Positions 1-11,283 of a stretch of DNA of 64,000 nucleotides are shown here, piece by piece (positions within the stretch are counted from its first letter, which is position 1; each line of letters opens with the position of its first letter). Origin of the DNA: an uncultured Syntrophales bacterium (GTDB lineage Bacteria; Desulfobacterota; Syntrophia; Syntrophales; JADFWA01). Position numbers and translations under genes: made by a program. The stretch spans positions 16,017 to 80,016 of the forward strand of contig CAZZBF010000003.1 in NCBI GenBank assembly GCA_964652795.1, given 5' to 3'. Below the pieces are notes generated by a model, which did no database searches, was not told the DNA's origin, and worked only from the letters and a program-made list of their open reading frames with translations.

Positions 1-981
1 TAATAAGGGAATATCATCCCTTCTTTCTCGCAAGGGGGGAAGGACAATGGAAAAAACATTTAACCTGTAATAAAGATCTTCTCTGAAACTGCCGTCTTTT
101 ACCGCCTTCTCCAGGTCTCTGTTGGTAGCGGAAATTACCCGAAAATCGACATCAATCGTTTTGTTGCCGCCAAGACGATTGAACCGCTTCGTCTCGATAG
201 CCCGAAGGAGATCCATCTGCATTTTCATACCGATATCTCCTATTTCGTCGAGGAAAAGTGTGCCATTGTTGGCCATTTCAAGTTTGCCTTTTCTCTGGTA
301 CACAGCTCCCGTAAAGGACCCTTTTTCGTGCCCGAAAAGCTCACTTTCGAGCAGACCCTCTGGATATGCCCCGCAATTAATAGTAATGATTGGGAAATAT
401 TTACGGTTGCTATGGCTATGTATTGCTCGGGCGATAAGTTCCTTGCCGGTTCCGCTTTCTCCCCTGATCATCACGGTTGAGTCGGTTTCAGCCACAGTGG
501 CTACCATTTCCATAACTTTTTTAATGGCTGAACTATCTCCTACAATATCATCCAAAGCATATAATTCATCAATTTTCTGTCTCAGCTGAATATTCTCCGA
601 GATGAGATTTCTCTGCTCAACCGCCTTTTTTATCAAACGGCTTAAATCATCGGGATCTATAGGTTTTGTGATATAATCAAATGCTCCTTCTTTTAACGCC
701 TTTATTGCGGTGTCCACGGAAGCATATGCCGTAATTATGATAGTTATAATGCTTTTATCAATCTGTTTAATTCGTTCTTGTAGCTCAATCCCGTCCATGC
801 CCGGCATTTTAATATCCAGAAAAATTATATCCCAGGAGTTTTCTTGAAGTTTTTTTAAAGCGCTTTCTGCATCCTCTGCTGTATCAACCCGGTAGTTATC
901 AAGCTTGAACCACTTACAGAGGGAATCTCTAACCGAAGGTTCATCATCGACAATCATTATTGCTATATCTTTAGGTTTCAT
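1..981 (-). CDS. sigma-54-dependent response regulator (NtrC/AtoC family), C-terminus runs off the window
   Basis: Absent from the ORF track because it is truncated by the window edge. My minus-strand translation from ATG 981 gives [28 protein letters not shown]...[18 protein letters not shown] (receiver), [20 protein letters not shown] (Walker A), [15 protein letters not shown] (GAFTGA-type loop) and [25 protein letters not shown]. Confidence 0.9.
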   Translation of the reverse strand, partial: MKPKDIAIMIVDDEPSVRDSLCKWFKLDNYRVDTAEDAESALKKLQENSWDIIFLDIKMPGMDGIELQERIKQIDKSIITIIITAYASVDTAIKALKEGAFDYITKPIDPDDLSRLIKKAVEQRNLISENIQLRQKIDELYALDDIVGDSSAIKKVMEMVATVAETDSTVMIRGESGTGKELIARAIHSHSNRKYFPIITINCGAYPEGLLESELFGHEKGSFTGAVYQRKGKLEMANNGTLFLDEIGDIGMKMQMDLLRAIETKRFNRLGGNKTIDVDFRVISATNRDLEKAVKDGSFREDLYYRLNVFSIVLPPLRERRDDIPLL

Positions 982-1020
982 CTCTAATCTCCTTGATTTT
1001 GTTTTTCTAAATGACTTTGT

Positions 1021-2601
1021 TTAATTGTCATCTTTATTTGGGGGTACCAGGGGAAGGGTAACGGTGAATTTGGTTCCCCGGTTTACCTTAGATTCTACTT
1101 CAATATTACCGCCGTGTTGTTTTACAATTCCGTAAACCACTGAAAGGCCTACTCCGGTACTCTTTTCCGTTTCCTTAGTGGTAAAATAAGGCTCAAATAT
1201 ATTGGGAATAATATCTTTAGGTATTCCTTTACCATTATCAGTTACTGTGAATTTAACCCGGTCATTTTTTGCATTACAGTAAGTCTTAATTGTTACCTTT
1301 CCCCCACTGGGCGTAGCCTCAATAGAGTTCATAATCAAAGCGATCAGTACCTGCTGAAGGCTGGGATAGCACTGGATCAAGTCATTTTGCTGATCCAATT
1401 CTTTCAGTATCGTTATTCCTTTCATCTTAGCGCTGTGATTGATTACCTTAACACTGGTATCGATGATTTTGTTGAGATGTTCCTTCTTTAAAACGCCTAT
1501 TGTGCTCTTAGAAAAAAGGAGCAAATTTTTCACAATATCCCCGCATCTCTTTGCCTCATCGGCAATCAGGGAAAGGTTCTCTTTCGTCATTGCTATCGCT
1601 TCTTCGCTATTACTTTCTTCGTTCAGATGTCTTAACGAAAGTTTTGCATAGGAGAGAATTCCGGAAAGAGGGTTGTTGATTTCATGGGCAACCATTCCCG
1701 ATAGTTTTCCCAAGGAAGCCATCTTTTCTGAAAGTATCAGAGAAGATTGGGTTTTCTTGAGCTTGTCGGACGATTCTTTCAACTTTGTGGTCATCTTATT
1801 GAAGGAGCTTGCCAGATCTCCAAGCTCATCCTGTGATTTCACATCGACCTTGTAGTCGAAATTAAGTTTGGCTACTTCTTTGGTGCCCTTGGCAAGCTTT
1901 TTTATGGGGGAGTGAATCATTTTCCATATAAAGGAACCTACGAGCACGGCCGTTATCAGCATAAGAATAATAGAATAGATAATTATTTTTCGTTTGGTAG
2001 CTGTAATTTTGGCATCGACCTTCTCAAGAGATAATTTAACGTCTAAAAGACCGAGCAGTTTTACATCAGGAGAGTGAGCGTGGCATCCGGCATTATAACA
2101 ATCGGGTTCATTTTCTATGGGATTGATCATACCGAGCTGGCGGTATCCTTCCTTCGATTTTAATATTCGAGTGCGGTCTTTTGTGGGAAGAATTACTTTT
2201 GCAGACCCTTTCGCATGGCAAACATAACACTGCTCGGCTTGCTTATCGACAATATGATTCAGCTCGGTCGAATTATTGGAAAAAGAAACTCTACCTTTTT
2301 TATTGTAGATACGGACCCCGTCGATATCCTGTTCCTTCCCAATACTCATAATAGTACTGGTCAGGTCGTCGCGGCTGTTTTTTAACATACTGTAGCGAGT
2401 GGCGCGCTTGATTATATTGCTTATATGAATTGCGTTGGCGATGACGCTTTCCTTGTCGTGTGACATAAAAGTATTGATGTTTTGGTATAAAATAATAGTG
2501 AATGCTATTGCCAGCAGAAAGATCAGAAGAAGAAAGAGTTTTGCGCTGATCGAGCGGCCGGTAATAAGAAAATTTTTTAATATCCGATAAAAATAATTCA
2601 T
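1021..2601 (-). CDS. sensor histidine kinase with periplasmic c-type haem domain
   Basis: 526-aa ORF. Two TM segments (LFLLLIFLLAIAFTIILY, IIIYSIILMLITAVLVGSFIW) bracket a periplasmic domain with CYVCH (CXXCH) and CYNAGCH (CX4CH). These are followed by H-box MVAHEINNPL and ATPase motifs DNGKGIP and GVGLSVV. It ends 39 nt upstream of the response regulator. Confidence 0.85.
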   Translation of the reverse strand: MNYFYRILKNFLITGRSISAKLFLLLIFLLAIAFTIILYQNINTFMSHDKESVIANAIHISNIIKRATRYSMLKNSRDDLTSTIMSIGKEQDIDGVRIYNKKGRVSFSNNSTELNHIVDKQAEQCYVCHAKGSAKVILPTKDRTRILKSKEGYRQLGMINPIENEPDCYNAGCHAHSPDVKLLGLLDVKLSLEKVDAKITATKRKIIIYSIILMLITAVLVGSFIWKMIHSPIKKLAKGTKEVAKLNFDYKVDVKSQDELGDLASSFNKMTTKLKESSDKLKKTQSSLILSEKMASLGKLSGMVAHEINNPLSGILSYAKLSLRHLNEESNSEEAIAMTKENLSLIADEAKRCGDIVKNLLLFSKSTIGVLKKEHLNKIIDTSVKVINHSAKMKGITILKELDQQNDLIQCYPSLQQVLIALIMNSIEATPSGGKVTIKTYCNAKNDRVKFTVTDNGKGIPKDIIPNIFEPYFTTKETEKSTGVGLSVVYGIVKQHGGNIEVESKVNRGTKFTVTLPLVPPNKDDN

Positions 2602-3045
2602 GGATAACCTAATTCATTTACGAGGTGAGTGTTGCTATTATCTGTATTTACATGAAGTTATCAAACAGAGAGCTTGCATTTTCTTCTCGTATATTATTTT
2701 CTATATTAACATTACTGATGATTTAATCAACAGTTATTCATCAGCCAGTATGTCGGGTTGTGCCATGATTATTCACCTTGCTAATGGTAGATTTTGTTGT
2801 GTTAAAAATAATCTATCATTCTGTTCTTGCATTATCAATCAGGCTTTAATTTTTTTCATAGAAGGTTAAAGTTGCAGATTGGGTAGGTAATAGTTTTCCA
2901 CGGTTGCACCGCACAGGCACTGAGAAGTATAACATAGCGAACGTATTTTACAAGGCAGGCTTTTGGGGAATTAATTTTATAACTTGCAATTTCTTTAATA
3001 TGTGTTATTCACCGATGATAAAAATTTATGGAGGGAATTTAAGTT

Positions 3046-3486
3046 ATGAGTAAAGATGTAGTAGTTAAAAGAAGTTTGGTTTTCCTTTTTGTTGTGGTTT
3101 TGTTCTTTTCTCTTTCTGCTTTATCCTTTGCCGATATGACCGCGAAGGATTTTGTGAATGAGGCAAAGAAGACTGTAAAGGAAATTTCGGTTGCTGAAGC
3201 TAAAGCTGCAATAGATTCCGGTAAAGCGATAATTCTTGATTGCAGAACCGATAAGGAGTTCAAAAAAGGCCATATCCCCAAAGCAATTAATATACCCAGA
3301 GGACTTTTGGAATTTACAGTTGGTAAAAAAATTCCTGATAAGTCAGCTTATATTATTTGTTATTGCAAGTCAGGGGGACGATCATGTCTTAGTACCTGTT
3401 CATTAGGTAAAATGGGATATAAAAATGCGGTCAGTATGACCGGAGGTTGGAAAGCCTGGTTAAAGGCTGGTTATCCTGTAGAGTAA
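3046..3486 (+). CDS. exported single-domain rhodanese (sulfurtransferase, Sud-like)
   Basis: 146-aa ORF with an N-terminal signal-like segment LVFLFVVVLFFSLSALSFA. It has the rhodanese fold signature and active-site loop CYCKSGGRS. The RBS GGAGGG lies upstream of the ATG. Confidence 0.8.
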   Translation: MSKDVVVKRSLVFLFVVVLFFSLSALSFADMTAKDFVNEAKKTVKEISVAEAKAAIDSGKAIILDCRTDKEFKKGHIPKAINIPRGLLEFTVGKKIPDKSAYIICYCKSGGRSCLSTCSLGKMGYKNAVSMTGGWKAWLKAGYPVE

Positions 3487-3506
3487 ACAATTATCATAGT
3501 TCAACT

Positions 3507-3543
3507 AAAATGGGGAATAGCTTTCAGCTATTCCCCATTTTTA
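3507..3543. terminator. bidirectional rho-independent terminator
   Basis: Perfect 10-bp stem GGGGAATAGC (3512-3521) / GCTATTCCCC (3527-3536) with loop TTTCA. It is flanked by AAAAT and ATTTTT and sits between convergent rhodanese and cytochrome b genes. Confidence 0.8.
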
Positions 3544-3563
3544 ATCTCCCTTTTGTATAGTTG

Positions 3564-4187
3564 CTAATGTTCTTCTTTATCCGCGTACCCGGTGATCATG
3601 GAAATAAAATCAGCAAAAATGGTATGACCCGTGGTGGCCAAATAAAGGTGAGCAATCAGGAAAGCGGTAAAAATGATTGCCATAATGAAGTGAATAACGG
3701 CTATTACTTTCAACCCACCGATAGCGATGATAAACCCTATGAATAAAGAAGGGAAGAGATACAAAATACCGCTTACCAGTAGAATAGGCATCATCAGGAA
3801 CATAAACTTAAAATATGCCATCTTTTGCAGTGGATTGAACTTATTATCCTCGGATGCGCTGTAGGGATGCGGCTCATCCTTGAATATACCGTAAGCATAA
3901 AATCTTGCCTGCCTGGGGATACCCGGATACAAGTCCTCTTTCTTCGGTATGTAGTGAGAAACCCGTGTTGAAATCAAATTGTAAAACAACCAGAGAAAGA
4001 AATCGAGAACCACAAGTATTCCTGACCATTCATGAACAGTTATGGCGTTTGAAAAAGACCCAAAAAAGTTTACAGAGTCAGGCCAGTGTATCTGTATGCC
4101 TGATACTATGAGCAATATGATAAGGACAGCATGTATCCAGTGCCATATTCTCTCGGTTAATGGATGTAAATACATTTTCTCAGACAT
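3564..4187 (-). CDS. membrane dihaem cytochrome b (FdnI/HydC/PhsC-like quinone-interacting subunit)
   Basis: The track ORF is 3564..4229. The likely start is ATG 4187 (MSEKMYLHPLTERIWHWIHAVLIILLIVSGIQIH), 4 nt after the TAG of the cytochrome c gene, with AAGGAG upstream. It has four hydrophobic helices with conserved His residues. Confidence 0.75.
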   Translation of the reverse strand: MSEKMYLHPLTERIWHWIHAVLIILLIVSGIQIHWPDSVNFFGSFSNAITVHEWSGILVVLDFFLWLFYNLISTRVSHYIPKKEDLYPGIPRQARFYAYGIFKDEPHPYSASEDNKFNPLQKMAYFKFMFLMMPILLVSGILYLFPSLFIGFIIAIGGLKVIAVIHFIMAIIFTAFLIAHLYLATTGHTIFADFISMITGYADKEEH

Positions 4188-4191
4188 CTTC

Positions 4192-5856
4192 CTATTTTCT
4201 CCTTCTCGTGATAAAGCGCAGTGTCCCATGTGTGAGACATCCCGCGAAAGTGAGAACTACTATAAGAATTCCAAGAACATCAATAGCCGGGATCCTGTTG
4301 CTGCCCACGACATAGGCACCCTCTTCCATAAGTTCCTTGTTTGTGAAATTCCAGCTCATCGTATCTTTAGGAGTGCCTTCTTCTTTTGTTAAGAGAATGC
4401 TCTTGTCTGAATGGCATTGTTTGCAATCCTTTATGGGTGCTTCCAGTGACGGTTTATGGCAGGTTAAACAATCAACTCTTGTTAGGTGGAGCTCCGCCTG
4501 TGATAACCAGTCATGCCGGTCAAAAATGGAAGGTTTGTCAGGAACAATAACATTTTTATTGGCTGATATTTCCTGAGACCTCACATCTTGTTTCCTCAGA
4601 AAAAGTTTACTGTTATTATGACATGAAATACAACTTTCATTTTGTGGAGTTGAGAGCTGAATATTGTGCGGAGTAGCCATTTTCCAAGTAGGCGCATTAT
4701 CAAAATTTGTCAATCCATCCTTAACATAAAAATCAAACAACTCTCTATTCACCGGGATATGTCGTACAGTTACGTATTTTTCAGGTCTTTCCTCTGTCGG
4801 TTTTATGTTCAGACCAATTTTAAAGGCCATAACTGACGGATCGCTTTCAAAATAGGGATTACCTGTCTTATCCTTGGCAACATGACAGTTAAAACAGTTT
4901 TTATAGGAAACAGAGTGGCAGATCTGACAACTTACCTTATCTTTATGAATCACATGGCCAGGATTATCGTCGTCTTCTCCAGTGTGGCAGTTTACACATT
5001 TAGCTCGGTTTGTAACTTCATATCTATCAAAATGAGCTTCGCCGCTTCCATGCATTTCTTCTCCGGAATGGCAATTCTTGCACCCCAACCCATGCTCGCC
5101 GTGGTGAACATCTGCAGGTATACCTTCATTTTCACCAAAAAATTCTTTTCCGATCCTGCTTCCATGGCAAGAAGTACAGTTGGTTCTAACAGGTGGAGTC
5201 TTCTTAAAGAAATGTCCCTCAATCAATCCTCCCTCTACGGATGAGGGACGGCTGACGTGGCACTGACCGCAACTGCTATGGCAAGACATACAATGTGTGC
5301 CCATAGCGTTATTAATCTTGTCAAGCACATTTTTGTCCGGGTTTGCTCTAAGGTTTATCTTATTTGTGAAAGGAGCAAGTGTGACATGGAGGTTGGTCGT
5401 ATTTTTTTCTACGATTTCTTCATGACATTCGCCACAACTTTCCGAGGGACTATGATATGAGGGATCTTTTATCAAGCCTTCATGGGCGGTTTCCCAGTTA
5501 TCATCTTCCGGGTTGCCACCATGGCATGTGTTACAGGAAATCTCGCCATGACAATCTTCCTCGATAAAGTCGCTGTCTACGAACAGCTTTTCATATGGCT
5601 CCAACGGAGCCACAGCTCCTCCTCACCCCTCCCCCTTGGGTTCAGCTGGTTCACATGCTGCCTCTGGTTTTGATGCCTCGATGGCTCTGATTATTTCAAT
5701 AAGCTTTTTTGCGCTGGTATGACATGACACACAGCTACTTTCTTCGGCATTTAGTTTCGTGGGAAAGTGCCATAGAAAAAATGTAAAAGAGGCAATTAAA
5801 AATAAAAATAATACCGGTTTACAGATGCTTCTTTCCGCAATTCGAAAATAATTCAC
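4192..5856 (-). CDS. membrane-anchored 13-haem c-type cytochrome, candidate selenoprotein (in-frame TGA at 5623..5625)
   Basis: Track ORFs 5623..5856 (signal anchor plus CVSCH) and 4192..5613 (12 CXXCH, C-terminal TM helix, no signal peptide) share one frame and are split only by TGA. A hairpin follows the TGA with the same spacing as the selD SECIS. If the TGA is a true stop, these are two CDSs. Confidence 0.65.
5595..5625 (-). promoter_or_regulatory. candidate SECIS hairpin after in-frame UGA of the cytochrome c gene
   Basis: mRNA reads UGA GGAGGAGCU GUGGCUCC-GUU-GGAGCCAU. The stem is 8 bp (one G.U) and the loop occupies nt 21-23 from the U of UGA, identical to the geometry at selD. Confidence 0.5.
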
Positions 5857-6021
5857 TTCATTTTCCCCCCGTGTGATTGAGGTTCGCTATAGTATATTTA
5901 GAAGGAAAAAGCAAGTAAAAAGATAATTGCTGTGTTTTTCCGCCGGACAGAGTGAATCTTCTTGACACGTATCCGAAGTGCTTTATATGATGGGATAACG
6001 ACTTTTCTAAGAGGAGATGTT

Positions 6022-6501
6022 ATGGATAAGGTTCCGATTAGCAGAACGGGTTTTGAAAAATTAAAAGAAGAATTAGAGTATTTAAAAAAAGTTGTAGTAC
6101 CTGAAAATATAAGAGAGATTGAAGAGGCCAGAGCCCATGGTGATATATCGGAGAATGCGGAGTACGAAGCAGCCAAAGAGAGACAGGGATTCATTCAGGG
6201 AAAGATACAGGAAATAACAAATAATCTTGCCAGTTCAATTATTATTGATCCTAAAGAACTTACCGAAGATAGGGTTGTTTTTGGGTCGACCGTTACCATC
6301 GAAGACGTCAATACAGAAGAAATCGTTAAATATCAACTCGTTGGCCCCTTTGAATCCGATGTGGATAAGAACAGAATTTCAGTCACTTCCCCTATAGGAA
6401 AGGGTCTCATCGGTAAAGAAATAGGTGACGAAGTCAGTGTTAAAACACCGGGTGGTGTAAGAGAGTTTGAAATTATTGATATTTCTATAAGTGATATGTA
6501 A
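6022..6501 (+). CDS. greA: transcription elongation factor GreA
   Basis: The track starts at TTG 5962, but ATG 6022 is preceded by GAGGAG. MDKVPISRTGFEKLKEELEYLKKVVVPENIREIEEARAHGDISENAEYEAAKERQ is the GreA coiled-coil N-domain, and the length is 159 aa. Confidence 0.95.
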   Translation: MDKVPISRTGFEKLKEELEYLKKVVVPENIREIEEARAHGDISENAEYEAAKERQGFIQGKIQEITNNLASSIIIDPKELTEDRVVFGSTVTIEDVNTEEIVKYQLVGPFESDVDKNRISVTSPIGKGLIGKEIGDEVSVKTPGGVREFEIIDISISDM

Positions 6502-6528
6502 GACAAGAATTAAAATTACAGCTGCAAA

Positions 6529-6565
6529 AATAAAGCTCTCCGCCCTGTCGGTGGGGAGCTTTATT
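6529..6565. terminator. hairpin terminator between convergent greA and permease genes
   Basis: AAAGCTCTCC (6532-6541) / GGGGAGCTTT (6553-6562), a 10-bp stem with one T.G pair. The minus-strand reading is followed by ATTTTTG, and the plus-strand reading by a weaker TTTATT. Confidence 0.6.
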
Positions 6566-6646
6566 CATCGGTAAAAAGTCTCTTTTGAATAAGCACTTAT
6601 ACTGCTCCAAATGTCAAACACAATCTAATATCTGGCAACTCATTTA

Positions 6647-8185
6647 TTATATTATAAAAAAAACAAAAGTTACCAGAATGAAGATTGGAACAAGAATAGG
6701 AATCGAGAATTTAAACATATATCCAAAGAAGCTTGGCATATTTATACCAGCTTCTTCAGCTATTGATTTAACCATGAAATTTGGTGCGTTGCCAATATAG
6801 GTGTTTGCGCCCATAAAAACAGCGCCGGCTGAAATCCCCTTCAAGTAACTGACAAATAAGGGATTTAATGTTACGGTATTCGCTGCCAGCGCGCCCGGCA
6901 CCATAGCTTCCGTCAACCCGAGTTTACCCAGCGCAAGGTTAAAGAACGTAAGGTAAGTCGGAGCATTGTCCAGGAACGAAGAAAGCGCTCCCGTTACCCA
7001 GAAATAGTGAATAGGATCTTTTACTATCGCAACAAGACCTGACATGGCACCTTCATTTCCCGCCTTCAGAATCGCCAGAGCCGGAATAATCGTCATGAAT
7101 ATACCTGCGAAAAGCTTTGCAACTTCCTGAATCGGAAACCAACTGAATTCATTGGCTTCACGAAGTCTGGCCGGTGTGAAAAAGAGAGACAGCATCCCCA
7201 TTGTGATAATTATTATATCTCTTAAAATATTCTGGTAAGCCCATTCGACACCATACACGGTAAAATGACCCGCTTTCCAATAGCCGCTCATGAGAACCGA
7301 ACCAATAACACCCGCGAGAAAAAGAAGGTTATATATGCCTTCAATTTTTATGGGAGTTTTCTTTTCAGTATCTTCGGTGGTTGACGCATCCTTCTTCTCT
7401 TTTCTGTAATAGAAGCTGTCGACTATAAAGAAAATGGTCAAAAGAATTGCGGAAGCTAAAAGCATGTGAGGTAATATGCCGGTTGTGACCCAGAAGAATG
7501 GAACGTTATGGAGAAAACCCAGAAATAGCGGTGGATCTCCGAGAGGAGTTAAGGAACCTCCTATGTTGGCCACAAGAAATATGAAGAAACAAATAACATG
7601 CACCTTGTTGGTTCTATCCCTGTTTGCTCTTAAAACAGGGCGTATCATAACCATGGCGGCTCCCGTCGTACCGACCCATGAGGCGAGAACCGTTCCCAAC
7701 AGAAGCATTGTTGTATTGACTATGGGGGTTCCCTTGAAAGAACCGCTAACGACTATGCCGCCTGCGATGGTGAAAAGCCCCCATAAAAGAATTATGAAAG
7801 GGACATAATCGATAATATAGATATGAAGTATTTCATATATAGCTATGCCATGATAAACAAAAAGAAAGGGAGCTGCAAAGCTCAGCGCCCACATAGCGGA
7901 TATCTTGCCAAAATGGTGATGCCATATATCCGGTGCCACAAGGGGCAACACAGCTATGGATAGCAATATCCCGACAAAGGGAATAATTGACCAGATGGGT
8001 AGAATCTTTCCGATATCGCTCCCATGGTGGGTAACCGATTCATGCGCGCCGCTTGCCATACAGGGATTTGAAATAACAAGTATAACCAGGACACAAATGA
8101 AAGCAGATATTAAAATAGTAGCCAATATTCTTTTTTTTTGCACCATAAAACAATTCCTGTCTAAGTTGATAGAAAACGAATACAA
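6647..8185 (-). CDS. ion-transporter superfamily permease (ArsB/NhaD/CitMHS-like)
   Basis: 512-aa polytopic membrane ORF with about 12 hydrophobic segments. Motifs such as GTTGAAMVMIRP and GGSLTPLGDPPLFLGF are as I recall for NhaD/citrate-transporter-like permeases. The start is uncertain (an alternative Met lies further in). Confidence 0.6.
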   Translation of the reverse strand: MYSFSINLDRNCFMVQKKRILATILISAFICVLVILVISNPCMASGAHESVTHHGSDIGKILPIWSIIPFVGILLSIAVLPLVAPDIWHHHFGKISAMWALSFAAPFLFVYHGIAIYEILHIYIIDYVPFIILLWGLFTIAGGIVVSGSFKGTPIVNTTMLLLGTVLASWVGTTGAAMVMIRPVLRANRDRTNKVHVICFFIFLVANIGGSLTPLGDPPLFLGFLHNVPFFWVTTGILPHMLLASAILLTIFFIVDSFYYRKEKKDASTTEDTEKKTPIKIEGIYNLLFLAGVIGSVLMSGYWKAGHFTVYGVEWAYQNILRDIIIITMGMLSLFFTPARLREANEFSWFPIQEVAKLFAGIFMTIIPALAILKAGNEGAMSGLVAIVKDPIHYFWVTGALSSFLDNAPTYLTFFNLALGKLGLTEAMVPGALAANTVTLNPLFVSYLKGISAGAVFMGANTYIGNAPNFMVKSIAEEAGINMPSFFGYMFKFSIPILVPIFILVTFVFFII

Positions 8186-8310
8186 AAAAACAAACCAAGG
8201 ATGCCACGCACTTCCTTGGTTTGTTTTTTGTGTTCTGCGAGGCGGTAATTTTTATAGCAACTTAATCTCCTATATGCAATAAATAATTTACCCCAAAATT
8301 TTGTTCCGCT

Positions 8311-8340
8311 TAAATAGAAAGCCCCGCCTGCAGGCGGGGC
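8311..8340 (-). terminator. rho-independent terminator of the atp operon
   Basis: GCCCCGCC (8321-8328) TGCA GGCGGGGC (8333-8340). On the minus strand it is followed by UUUCUAUUU, and it lies 115 nt downstream of the atpC stop. Confidence 0.8.
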
Positions 8341-8455
8341 TTTTCGGTAAGAAATCGTAAATAGAGAACCGTTGAGAACAATGTGTTTATTTTATGTTGC
8401 GCTTCTTACCCTGTCTACAAGACGGGCGTGCAGGGGTGCGCTTTTGGTCAATCAT

Positions 8456-8863
8456 CTAAGCATTTTCAGCTATCTTGAGCCTTTTCTCCGCTCTTTCCAA
8501 AGCCTTTTTTATTTTTTCTTGATCAGGGTCATCTTTGGACATCTTGGAAAGTTTCTGTTCAGCGATCTCCTTAGCTCTTTTTGCCCGTTCTTTGTCGATC
8601 ATATCTGACCGTTCAGCAGATTCCACGAGGACCGTCACTTTGTGAGAAGTTACCTCGGCATAACCGGTATTGACGGCATAACGCGTTTTTTTGTTGTCTT
8701 TCGTATATTGGAGTTCACCAAAATTAACTGCGCTCAAAAGCGACGCATGTCCTACCAATACACCGAATTCACCTTCACTGCCGGGTATTGTTACGTCGAA
8801 AATCTCACCGCTGAACGCCATCTTATCCGGGGTAACAATTTCAAGCACCAGTTCATCAGCCAT
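8456..8863 (-). CDS. atpC: F1 ATP synthase epsilon subunit
   Basis: 135 aa beginning [36 protein letters not shown], and the last gene of the atp operon. Confidence 0.95.
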   Translation of the reverse strand: MADELVLEIVTPDKMAFSGEIFDVTIPGSEGEFGVLVGHASLLSAVNFGELQYTKDNKKTRYAVNTGYAEVTSHKVTVLVESAERSDMIDKERAKRAKEIAEQKLSKMSKDDPDQEKIKKALERAEKRLKIAENA

Positions 8864-8883
8864 CTACAAAACCTCCAATTAAA

Positions 8884-10365
<1,482 letters not shown>

Positions 10366-10380
10366 TTAAGTTCCTGGATT

Positions 10381-11256
10381 TTATCCGGCTGCCAGCGCTT
10401 CCGTACCTCCTACAATATCCATCAACTCAGCGGTAATAGCCGCCTGTCTTGCCTTGTTAAATCTTAGTGTAAGGCTGTCGATCATTTCATCACAGTTATT
10501 GGTGGCATTGTCCATAGCCGCCATTCGCGCACCGTGCTCACCGGCTGAAGTTTCCAATAGAGCTCTGTAAATGAGAACCCGAAGATACATCGGAAGAAGC
10601 TGTTCTATTAAAATTTCTTCAGACGGTTCATATATATAATCAACCTTTTTTTCGGGTTCTACTTCTGTTTCTTTACCGACAGACGGCAGGGGGAGCAACC
10701 TCACAATCATCGGTCTCTGGACGGTGACATTAAAAAATTCGTTAAAAATCAGGTATAATTCATCGTATTCTTCGTCAATAAAAGAAGGTATTACATTTTC
10801 CCCTATTTTGGCTGAGAGACTCATGTCAAGTTTTCCGAACACGTCCGTGTATTGGGCTACAACATTTAATCTTCTCCTGAGAGAATCTCTTCCCTTCTTG
10901 CCGACGGCGATTAACGAAACTTCTTTACCTTGACTCGTTTTTTCTTTGACAAACCTTTCTGTCGCCCTGATTATATTTGTATTGAACCCCCCACAGAGAC
11001 CTCTATCCGATGTCATGCAGATTGCTTTGATTCTTTTCGGTTCCCGTATTGCCAGAAGAGGATGCGAGGTAGAATCTACCCGGAGAGCAAGACTGTTGAG
11101 TGTCTCCATAAACTTGCTTGCGTAGGGTCTGAAGTTGTCCATTTTTACCTGAGCAAACTTAAATTTTGAAGCAGCTACGGCATTCATGGCCTTTGTTATC
11201 TGTCTGGTTTTGTCAACCGCCACGATTTTTCTTTTAATATCTCTTAATGCGGCCAT
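10381..11256 (-). CDS. atpG: F1 ATP synthase gamma subunit
   Basis: 291 aa, with MAALRDIKRKI...ITKAM at the N-terminus and ITAELMDIVGGTEAL at the C-terminus. Confidence 0.95.
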   Translation of the reverse strand: MAALRDIKRKIVAVDKTRQITKAMNAVAASKFKFAQVKMDNFRPYASKFMETLNSLALRVDSTSHPLLAIREPKRIKAICMTSDRGLCGGFNTNIIRATERFVKEKTSQGKEVSLIAVGKKGRDSLRRRLNVVAQYTDVFGKLDMSLSAKIGENVIPSFIDEEYDELYLIFNEFFNVTVQRPMIVRLLPLPSVGKETEVEPEKKVDYIYEPSEEILIEQLLPMYLRVLIYRALLETSAGEHGARMAAMDNATNNCDEMIDSLTLRFNKARQAAITAELMDIVGGTEALAAG

Positions 11257-11283
11257 TAATATTTACTCCTTACTCAATAATGT

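Noticed and set aside
5857-5961. Sigma-54 (-24/-12) promoter upstream of the cytochrome operon, expected from the neighbouring NtrC-type regulator.
   Set aside because: The best candidate (GG..GC in CGGAAAAACACAGCAA) has 9-nt rather than 10-nt spacing and lacks the TGGCAC/TTGC context. Nothing better is found in 2602..3045.
5962-6021. Track start TTG 5962 for greA, giving a 20-residue N-terminal extension.
   Set aside because: ATG 6022 has a GAGGAG ribosome-binding site at proper spacing, and GreA homologues begin at the MDKVP-type N-terminus.
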